This document shows, piece after piece, positions 8,117-14,638 of a DNA stretch of 14,638 nucleotides. The notes under the pieces were generated by a model, which was not told where the DNA came from, ran no database searches, and was given only the letters and a program-made list of their open reading frames with translations. The DNA comes from Candidatus Methylomirabilota bacterium (GTDB lineage Bacteria > Methylomirabilota > Methylomirabilia > Rokubacteriales > CSP1-6). Location of the stretch: positions 1 to 14,638 of the forward strand of contig JBKPAK010000152.1 in assembly GCA_046726415.1 (NCBI GenBank), in the 5' to 3' direction. Position 1 is the first letter of the stretch. The number at the start of each line of letters is the position of its first letter. The position numbers and the translations under genes were made by a program.

Positions 8117-8328
8117 CAGCTCACCTGGGAGCCCTCTTCAGCGAATGACTCAGTGTTCGCCCAGGGTCGTGCTCTCGCCGTGGCGGCCGACATCTGGATC
8201 GCCAACACCGGATCTGATGCGCCCGCCCACGCGGAACGGCCTCGAGAGTATCTAAGCAAGCCGGACATTCTTTCAAGGCGCGCCCAGATCGGCCGCGAGG
8301 AAGTCGCGGATGCCGACCGGACCAGTCA

Positions 8329-8351
8329 GTTCGAGTCAAACGGGTCCACCA
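8329..8351 (+). other. Degenerate tRNA/tmRNA 3'-end-like sequence (possible att core)
   Basis: GTTCGAGTC-AAACGGGTCC-ACCA has a T-loop motif and an NCCA end. It is one nt shorter than canonical and has no matching 5' half. Confidence 0.35.
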
Positions 8352-8381
8352 CCTGGCTCGGGCTTCGCCGCGCAGTTGTGG

Positions 8382-8801
8382 CTAGTGGCCGGCGAAATAC
8401 TCGAAGACCGGCGGCCAGATCCACGTCGTCGCGATGCCGACGCCGATCAGAAACACGATGAGCCAGCGCGAGATGCTCATGTCCCGGCGCCGCAGCGCGA
8501 AGTGGAGCCCCACCCAGCTCACGATCCACGCGAGGGCGGAGAGGGTCTCCTTGCCGGAGTAAGGCCCGATGCCCTCGGCGCCCGGCATCCACAGCTTGCC
8601 GACGCCGTGCACCCACGCGTTGAACGGCTTCGACGCCGCCGTGAACTGGTTCACGGCGGCGAGCACCAGCATACCGATCATCGCCGCAAGGAGCGCAGCC
8701 ACCGCGACGCCACCTGGTACCCACGTCTTCGTAGGCGGCTCGAACACCTCCATCACGTCAGTCCTGTGCGCGTCGACTCTCGTCTCGACCATGGTCGTCA
8801 T
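8382..8801 (-). CDS. Uncharacterised integral membrane protein (139 aa, about 3 TM)
   Basis: ATG at 8801 after AAGGAGGGAGG, within ORF 8382-9212. Hydrophobic segments AVAALLAAMIGMLVLAAV, LSALAWIVSWVGLHF and WLIVFLIGVGIATTWIWPP; loop WMPGAEGIGPYSGKE. Confidence 0.8.
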   Translation of the reverse strand: MTTMVETRVDAHRTDVMEVFEPPTKTWVPGGVAVAALLAAMIGMLVLAAVNQFTAASKPFNAWVHGVGKLWMPGAEGIGPYSGKETLSALAWIVSWVGLHFALRRRDMSISRWLIVFLIGVGIATTWIWPPVFEYFAGH

Positions 8802-8824
8802 GTCCGCCTCCCTCCTTAGGCCGC

Positions 8825-9430
8825 TCAAGCGGCCTTCAGCTTTGTGACCGCGGCGCCTAACCCGAAGGCCACCGCGAGGTAGAAGAACGACAAACCGAGG
8901 AGCACAGCCACCGTGTAGCGCAGCCACGCACGCTCCATCACCTGCGCACCGAATTTCCAGAGGATGAAGGCGGCCGCCACCGTGAGCGGCAGGGTGTAGA
9001 GGGCGGCGAACTCCTTGAACTCGAAGAAAATGCGGTGGATCTCCGGCGCCGTCGCCAGGAAGTATGAGCGCGGGCTGTCGGGCGTCTTGGCGCGGTAGTA
9101 GATGTAGAGCCAGTTCCCGAAGCCGATGGCGATCAGCGCGAACGTCGCCGAGACCGTCGCGAGAAGCTGCAGGTCCGCGAACGCGCGGATGCGCCCCGTC
9201 ATCAGCCGCCATCCTAGGTAGAGGCCGATGGTGCCGACGAACAGGTAGAGGAACGCCGCCATGCCGTGGAAGGCCGCCGGGACAGCGCCGCCTCCCGCGC
9301 CGAGCAGCTTCGCAACCGGTGCCGTCATCGCCGTGAACGCGAGGGCGCTCGCGATGAGGATCACAACGACGGCGGCGAGTGAGGCTGTCGAGGCCTCCCT
9401 CAGGTCATGGGTGTCGTGCACTACGCTCAT
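8825..9430 (-). CDS. Uncharacterised integral membrane protein (201 aa, about 5 TM)
   Basis: AGGAAGGAG RBS; five hydrophobic stretches; motifs FHGMAA, GNWLYIYYR and EIHRIFFEFKEF. Confidence 0.85.
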   Translation of the reverse strand: MSVVHDTHDLREASTASLAAVVVILIASALAFTAMTAPVAKLLGAGGGAVPAAFHGMAAFLYLFVGTIGLYLGWRLMTGRIRAFADLQLLATVSATFALIAIGFGNWLYIYYRAKTPDSPRSYFLATAPEIHRIFFEFKEFAALYTLPLTVAAAFILWKFGAQVMERAWLRYTVAVLLGLSFFYLAVAFGLGAAVTKLKAA

Positions 9431-9490
9431 CGTTCTTCTCCTTCCTGCCGCGCACGGCGCGCGAGCATCTGGACATCGAAGCTGCTTCAG

Positions 9491-9947
9491 TCAGCGCCAA
9501 CTGAGCACGACGCGGCGATCCCACTCGCCGGGACGCACGAGCATTACCGCCCCGGACGCTCTGCGGAGCAGCTGCTCCGGCACGCTGCTGCGAAGCACGT
9601 GGCAGAGGCCGCTGCTCCGGCCGGTCGCCATGGCGATAAGATCGGCCGCGAACAGGTCCGCCTCACGTAGGATCTCAGGCACCGGATCGCCGAACCGCAC
9701 CGCGCACTCGACGGGATACCCTCGAGCTGAAGCTCGACCGTGCGCAGATAGTTTCCATCGCGTCGACTTCGACCCATGCCATTTCTTGGTCCGCGTACGA
9801 CAACACGCGACCATCGTCGTCCACGACGGGCTCGGGGACCGCCGCGACGTGCAGGAGCTTGACCGACGCGCCGGCGTCGCGCGCGAGCAGCACTACCGCC
9901 TCCGATTCGAGCGTTCGTTCCAGCGGGACTAGAATGCGCTTCGCCAT
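9491..9947 (-). pseudogene. Universal stress protein (Usp), two frameshifts
   Basis: AAGGAG RBS. MAKRILVPLE...LLHV (frame 1), YLRTVELQLEGI (frame 2), VECAVRFGDPVPEILREADLFAADLIAMAT...SVPEQLLRRA..VMLVR (frame 3). Shifts near 9752-9754 and 9713-9715. Confidence 0.85.
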
Positions 9948-9977
9948 GGCGTTTCTCCTTATCCTCCCGCGCGTGGC

Positions 9978-10380
9978 CTACGCGGCGTCGACGCGGATCG
10001 CGGTTCCCGCCGCGGCCTGCGGTTTTCGGCATGGTGACCGTCAGCACACCGTTCTTGAAGGCGGCGGTCACCTTCGTCTCGTCAACGGCCACCGGCAGCC
10101 GCACGGCGCGCTCGAAGCGTCCGTACACGCGCTCGGCGTTGTAATGGCGCCCATCCTTTCCCGGCGTCTCTTCCTTCTTCTCGCCGGCGATCGTGAGGAC
10201 GTCGTCCTTCACCTCGACTCGCATGGCGGCGGCTCGATCCCTGGTGTCGACGATGTCCGTCCGCGGCCACCAGTTACCGCGCGCGGGAGCCTCCGGACCG
10301 AAGTCCATGAACCGCTCGAAGAAACGGTGCATCTCCCGCGGAAGACGCACCGGCGTGTCGAACAGTGTGAGGGCACGCAT
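9978..10380 (-). pseudogene. Small heat-shock protein Hsp20, internal deletion plus C-terminal frameshift
   Basis: GGAGGAGG RBS. WWPRTDIVDTRD-[AELPG strand missing]-RVEVKDDVLTIAGEK...ERVYGRFERAVRLP..VDETKVTAAFKNGVLTVTMPK. The tail AAAGTAIRVDAA* (IxV motif) is in a shifted frame ending at TAG 9978-9980. Confidence 0.85.
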
Positions 10381-10426
10381 GACGCCTCCTCCCTTCCCCC
10401 GTGGCGCGAACGCCGCCCTGTTAGGG

Positions 10427-10442
10427 AGCAACGTCGTTGCCA
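10427..10442 (-). promoter_or_regulatory. sigma54 -24/-12 promoter upstream of hsp20
   Basis: Minus strand TGGCAACGACGTTGCT versus consensus TGGCAC-N5-TTGCW; 46 nt upstream of the ATG. Confidence 0.72.
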
Positions 10443-10542
10443 CAGCAGACACCCGTAATCGCGCGGAGTTGCGAGGCGCGCCGGCGGCTTCGGTGTGGCA
10501 GCCACGCCTCGCGTGGGGCGCGAGGGCCACGGAAAGTGGCGC

Positions 10543-10914
10543 TCAGCGCGTGAGGCGCGGACGCGCGCGGCGAGGTCGGTGGCCTGGAACGGCCTGGCGT
10601 AGAACGCGGTCGCGCCCGCATTGAGCGCCGCATCACGGGCGGCCGCCGACGCGAAGCGCCAGACACCACGATCGCCGGCGTCGGCGGCGTGGCGCTGCGC
10701 GCACCACGTCGAGGCCGTCTCCGTCTGGCAGGCGTTCGTCCGCGATCACGAGCGCGAACGCCTCGCGCGCAAGCGCGGCGAGCGCCTCGCTCCGCGTGGC
10801 CGCTTCGACGACACGGAAGCCGTCGCGCGAGAGCAGCCGGCGAGATGTGGACAGGAAATCACTCTCGTCGTCGACGACGAGGATGCTCGACGCGACGAGG
10901 ATGCTCGAGGTCAT
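10543..10914 (-). pseudogene. Single-domain response regulator receiver, multiply frameshifted
   Basis: ILVVDDE...LVIADERLPDGDGLDVV; then ATPPTPAIVVSG in a second frame; then FASAAARDAALNAGATAFYARPF in a third. The 3' end is approximate. Confidence 0.8.
10875..10908. repeat. Tandem duplication with 18-bp period (CGACGAGGATGCTCGA x2) at the start of the receiver gene
   Basis: Directly visible; it produces SSILVA-SSILVV. Confidence 0.9.
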
Positions 10915-10923
10915 ACCGGCACC

Positions 10924-11343
10924 TCAGATCCCAGCCGCTTCTCCCGCGACGAAGGCACGGAGGAAGTCGGTCTCGGTGACGATGCCGACCAGGAGGCCGT
11001 TCTCGACCACGGGGAGGGCCCTGATCTGCTCCGCGATCAGAAGGCGGGCCGCCTCGCGCGCGTCGCGATCGGGCTCGACGACGATGACGGTCTGGGTCAT
11101 CACGTCGCCGACAGTGAGCTTCGCGAGCAGGTAGTTCAGCTCCCAGACGGACAGCGTCGTCGCGAGCGACGCAAGATTGAGCCGGATGTCGCGATCGGTC
11201 ACCATTCCAAGGACGTGCCGACCAGCGTCGACGACGGGGAGGTGGCGGATGCGTTTCTCTTGCATGAGACGGCAGGCCTCGACGACGGATGCCTCCGGCT
11301 CGATGGTGACGACGGCACCGGTGCGCAGATCCTTCACGCGCAT
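10924..11343 (-). CDS. CBS-pair protein (AcuB-like)
   Basis: GGAGG RBS, ATG at 11343. IRHLPVVD..GMVTDRDI, TTLSVWELNYLLAKLTVGDVMT, LPVVENGLLVGIVTETDFL. Confidence 0.9.
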   Translation of the reverse strand: MRVKDLRTGAVVTIEPEASVVEACRLMQEKRIRHLPVVDAGRHVLGMVTDRDIRLNLASLATTLSVWELNYLLAKLTVGDVMTQTVIVVEPDRDAREAARLLIAEQIRALPVVENGLLVGIVTETDFLRAFVAGEAAGI

Positions 11344-11486
11344 GATTGCCTCCGTCGTCGCGCGACCTGCTCCAGGTGGTCCGCGAGCTGCACGACCTGC
11401 TCGATCGCCGTCCATTCCGTGAGGCCGTGGTGAAGCACCACACGGGTAAGGTCGCATGCATTTCGATGGGCTGCCACGGATCCCGA

Positions 11487-11834
11487 TCAGTGCTGCGTAG
11501 CGAGAAAAGCAGCAAGGGCGGTGACCTCGGCGGGCGTGAGCTCGAGCTTGGGCATGTGTGCGTTCGGCTTTTGCGACGCCGGATCGCTGAGCCAGCGGAC
11601 CAGGTCACCCTCGGCATACTTGGCGCCGACGCGCGACAGGTTGGGACCGATCGGGGTGCCAAGAGCACCGATCCGGTGGCAGCCGTAGCAGCCGTGCTCC
11701 ATGAAGAGACGCGCGCCTGTTGTCACGGCGGCGCGATCCTGAGCCCGCGCGACCCAGGCCACGCCGAGTCCGGCGGGGAGCGTAAAGCTGAGTGCGATGC
11801 CGAGAGTCGTCAGGAGCACTGTCCGGTTACGCAT
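11487..11834 (-). CDS. Monoheme class I cytochrome c, exported or membrane-anchored
   Basis: N-terminal signal/TM segment, CYGCH heme motif, GPNL, distal HMP Met. The alternative GTG start at 11864 overlaps the sigma54 box. Confidence 0.9.
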   Translation of the reverse strand: MRNRTVLLTTLGIALSFTLPAGLGVAWVARAQDRAAVTTGARLFMEHGCYGCHRIGALGTPIGPNLSRVGAKYAEGDLVRWLSDPASQKPNAHMPKLELTPAEVTALAAFLATQH

Positions 11835-11847
11835 GACCGGACGGACA

Positions 11848-11863
11848 CGCAATGTCGCTGCCA
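11848..11863 (-). promoter_or_regulatory. sigma54 -24/-12 promoter upstream of cytochrome c
   Basis: Minus strand TGGCAGCGACATTGCG (GG-N10-GC). Confidence 0.6.
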
Positions 11864-12240
11864 CGACTCACTCGCGCCAAGGCCGTCCGATTTGCGTGCG
11901 ATGACCGCACGGTGGCCACAAGAGCCATGTCCTGAGCTCGCCGCAGTGGGTCACAGATGGGGCGGGCTGTTGACCCCTCAAACTTGGACCCCTGATACCG
12001 TCGAGGACGATCCACTTGAGATGACGGACCGAGATGAAGGCGACCCTTGGGAGGGTTGCGAGGTCCAGTCCTCCGAACGCTGTCCAGCCATAGTGTTCGT
12101 CTCGCGCAAAAAGGCCCCTGATCAGCAGGTTCCGGTCGAGTTGACGGACTGCGGGGCATGGATGTCCCACCGGGACCCGCTTGCCCCGGCCCAGTGTTCC
12201 GCCTGCTCCACTAACTCCCCATCATCACGCCCCTCGGGCG

Positions 12241-12256
12241 TGGCAGTACCGTTGCA
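12241..12256 (+). promoter_or_regulatory. sigma54 -24/-12 promoter facing the kinase-cbaDBA genes
   Basis: TGGCAGTACCGTTGCA, one mismatch to TGGCAC-N5-TTGCA. Confidence 0.7.
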
Positions 12257-12467
12257 CCAAGCGATGGCGGAACGCCGCGACGGATGGACTGACTTGAGCA
12301 TGGGGACGACGCCATGAGGCAACGCCGGGTGATTCGGGATCTTGTGGCTTCTTGGCCGGCGGTGTGTTGGGCGCGCAGGCCATCGCAGTGAGAATTGTGT
12401 GCAGCTCCTCCGGAGCGTGCGCGCTGTCAACGCGGTTTTGTCCGGCCATGATCGCCGGTGCCAAGCA

Positions 12468-13049
12468 GTGAGTTGGGCGATTTGGATCACCGGCCTGCCC
12501 GGAAGCGGCAAGAGCACCATCACCCAGCAGGTCGTTGCCGCTTTGCAGGGATGGGGTGAGCGCGTCGCCGTTCTGGAGGCAAGGGCTTTTGCCGCCGCCC
12601 TCGTGCCGGACCGGGCTCCATCGCCACACGAACTGGACCTGATCTATCGTGGCCTCGTCCACACCGCATCGGTCCTTACCCAGGCCGGCGTACCCGTCAT
12701 CGTGGACGCCACCGCGCACCGCCGCGCTTGGCGTGACCTCGCGCGCGAGACCATTGCAGATTTCGCCGAGGTTCAGCTCACCTGCCCTGAGGCGATCTGC
12801 GGGGCGCGGGAACAAGCCGTTCGCTGGCGAGGCGTCCCGCGCATTGGTCAGGGGACGGCGGCACCGTCCGAGCCCGCTGTCGTCCTCGATTACGAGTATT
12901 CCCTGCGTGCCGAGCTGACTATCAACACCGAGGCCCAGCACGTGTGGACTTCCGTGGCCGATGTGCTTCTCCTCGTAGAACGGCTCCGCCGCAGCGCGCG
13001 CCGCACCTCTGATGCGGAGGACCCCCCAAACGGGTCAGCGATCTCATGA
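12468..13049 (+). CDS. Adenylylsulfate kinase-like P-loop kinase
   Basis: WAIWITGLPGSGKST Walker A, VPVIVDATAHRRAWRDLAR, FAEVQLTCP..C..RE, YE...ELTINT. GTG at 12468 is the inferred start within ORF 12342-13049. Confidence 0.8.
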   Translation: MSWAIWITGLPGSGKSTITQQVVAALQGWGERVAVLEARAFAAALVPDRAPSPHELDLIYRGLVHTASVLTQAGVPVIVDATAHRRAWRDLARETIADFAEVQLTCPEAICGAREQAVRWRGVPRIGQGTAAPSEPAVVLDYEYSLRAELTINTEAQHVWTSVADVLLLVERLRRSARRTSDAEDPPNGSAIS

Positions 13050-13111
13050 GGGGCACCGTCAAGGCAGCAGAGCGCGAGTCCCGGCATCGACGCCACTGCA
13101 AGGGAAAGGAC

Positions 13112-13228
13112 ATGGACGAGAACGAACATCCCAAGGGTGCCTTGCTGTTCATCCTGGTCTACCTGTTGCTCCTCGCTGCGCTGTGGACGAACGCGTATCT
13201 GCGGCTGTGGAAGGGATGGGGAGCATGA
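13112..13228 (+). CDS. cbaD: ba3-type cytochrome c oxidase subunit IIa
   Basis: 38 aa MDENEHPKGALLFILVYLLLLAALWTNAYLRLWKGWGA; the PKGAL...W...Y pattern matches Thermus subunit IIa. ATGA overlap with subunit II. Confidence 0.82.
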   Translation: MDENEHPKGALLFILVYLLLLAALWTNAYLRLWKGWGA

Positions 13229-13718
13229 CCCCCGAGCGCAGACCAGCGACGACGATCTACCTGTACGAGCTGGCCTGGATCCTGCCGAGCATCGCCATCC
13301 CCGTGGGCATGCTCGTCGCGCTCACCGTGACCGCCTTCGGCGCCGGCATCCACCTGCCCGGCGTGGCCGGGCGAGTCAACCCCCAGGCAGTCGCGCAGAC
13401 GCCACCCTTCGATGACCCCAGGGTGGTCCAGGTCGCGCCCGGCCGCTATGAGGTGCGCATGACGGCGCAGATCTGGGCGTTCGCCCCCCGGGAGTCCGGC
13501 GGGCTCGCGGGTGCACTTCACGGGCACCAGCAAGGACGTGGTCCATGGGCTCTTCGTTCCGGGGGACCGACCTCAACGTGATGTTGCTGCCGGGCCAGAT
13601 CGCGCACGTCGAGGCCCGCTTCGACACACCGGGCGAGTATCCGATCATCTGCCACGAGTACTGCGGCATCGCTCACCACACAATGGCGGGCAAGATTATC
13701 GTGGAGCCGCGCCCATGA
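13225..13718 (+). pseudogene. cbaB: ba3-type cytochrome c oxidase subunit II (CuA), two frameshifts in this sequence
   Basis: IYLYELAW TM...PPFDDP...WAFAPRE | PAGSRVHFTGTSKDVVHGLFVP | TDLNVMLLPGQI...CHEYCGIAHHTM. Shifts near 13491-13496 and at the G5 run 13561-13565. Confidence 0.88.
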
Positions 13719-14638
13719 CGCCCGCCCCCGTTCCCACCGACCCTCGCAGCAGCGGTTTCGAGCCCGACGGACGTCTGGCCGGCGCCTACGTGGCCGTGGG
13801 GCTCGTCGCCCTCTTTGGCGGCATGGTCACCGGGCTCCTGCAAGCGCTCACGCTCGCGGGCGTCCATATCCCGGCGCACTTCCTGGTGCAGTCCTACTAC
13901 CACAGCGTCAGCCTGCACGGCGTGCTGAACGTGCTGGTGTGGACGACGTTCTTCATCTGCGGCTTCGTTCCTTTCATCGCCTCGCGCTCCCTCGGCACAC
14001 CTCTCGTGCAGGCTCTTGGCTGGGCGACCTTCTGGGTCATGATCACGGGCCTCCTGGCGGCGATCCCCCTCGTGGCCAATACCGCCACCGTCATGTTCAC
14101 CTTCTATCCGCCGCTCAAGGCCCCCTGGGCGTTCTACGTCGGTCTCACCTTGGTCGTGGCCGGGACCTGGCTGGTGACGCTCAATCTCACGCTCACGTGG
14201 CGGCGCTGGCGTGCCACTCATCCCGACGCCCGCACCCCGCTGGCAGCGTTCATGTCGCTTATCACCTTCGTGATGTGGACGATCGCCTCACTGGGCATCG
14301 CCGCCGAGATGCTGTTCCTCCTCATCCCGTGGTCCCTGGGTCTGGTCGGAACCACGGACGCGCTCCTTGCCCGCACGCTGTTCTGGTTTACCGGGCACCC
14401 CATCGTGTACTTCTGGCTGCTGCCCGCCTACATCTCCTGGTACACGCTGGTGCCGCGCCAGGCGGGCGGTAAGCTCTTCAGCGATCCGCTGGCCCGGACA
14501 TCGTTCATCCTGTTCCTGGTGTTGTCGACGCCACTCGGCCTGCACCATCAGTTTACCGATCCCGGTCTCCACCAGGGCTGGAAGCTGGTCCACGCCTTCC
14601 TGACGTTCGCCGTCTTCTTCCCGAGCCTGCTCACGTTC
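13715..14638 (+). CDS. cbaA: ba3-type (B-family) heme-copper oxidase subunit I, partial (runs off the window)
   Basis: ATGA overlap with cbaB; 308 open codons. YYHSVSLHGVLN (H68), TFYPPL, FWFTGHPIVYFWLLPAYISWY (H228, Y232), GLHHQFTDP (H277/H278), PSLLT. Confidence 0.95.
   Translation, partial: MTPAPVPTDPRSSGFEPDGRLAGAYVAVGLVALFGGMVTGLLQALTLAGVHIPAHFLVQSYYHSVSLHGVLNVLVWTTFFICGFVPFIASRSLGTPLVQALGWATFWVMITGLLAAIPLVANTATVMFTFYPPLKAPWAFYVGLTLVVAGTWLVTLNLTLTWRRWRATHPDARTPLAAFMSLITFVMWTIASLGIAAEMLFLLIPWSLGLVGTTDALLARTLFWFTGHPIVYFWLLPAYISWYTLVPRQAGGKLFSDPLARTSFILFLVLSTPLGLHHQFTDPGLHQGWKLVHAFLTFAVFFPSLLTF

Noticed and set aside
7967-8461. 164-aa plus-strand ORF
   Set aside because: Non-canonical start, no motif, atypical codon use, and it overlaps a real gene antisense.
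11970-11983. TTGACCCCTCAAAC as an FNR/CRP box
   Set aside because: Half-site spacing does not fit TTGAT-N4-ATCAA.
11868-12170. 100-aa minus-strand ORF between the divergent promoters
   Set aside because: No RBS or family motif recognised; it could be a remnant but is unsupported.
1-14638. CRISPR array, intact tRNA/rRNA, IS transposase, rho-independent terminators
   Set aside because: By eye I found no spaced repeats, complete cloverleaf, transposase motifs or hairpin-plus-U-tract.

Overview
GC-rich bacterial window with three zones. (1) 13-4146 (+): an intact, tightly packed catabolic operon (NitT/TauT-type ABC permease, FAD-dependent oxidoreductase, crotonase, family III CoA-transferase). 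(2) 4296-8351: an accessory zone. It holds an OsmC-like gene missing from the ORF track, with an in-frame UGA at the catalytic Cys position and a SECIS-like hairpin 11 nt downstream (probable selenoprotein). It also holds a solo 60-bp integron attC site, a cNMP-binding protein and broken gene pieces (Asp/Glu racemase, ABC substrate-binding protein, TPR tail, DISARM drmD-like 5' end, phage HNH 5' end), ending at a possible degenerate att site. (3) 8382-14638: a divergently arranged low-oxygen/stress cluster with two unknown membrane proteins, Usp, Hsp20, a receiver domain, a CBS protein, cytochrome c, a CysC-like kinase and cbaD-cbaB-cbaA of a ba3-type (B-family) oxidase. Three sigma54 -24/-12 boxes sit in this cluster, and several genes including cbaB are frameshifted. 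The gene-family mix suggests Ca. Rokubacteria/Methylomirabilota (inference only). All family calls are from motif recognition; no database search was run.
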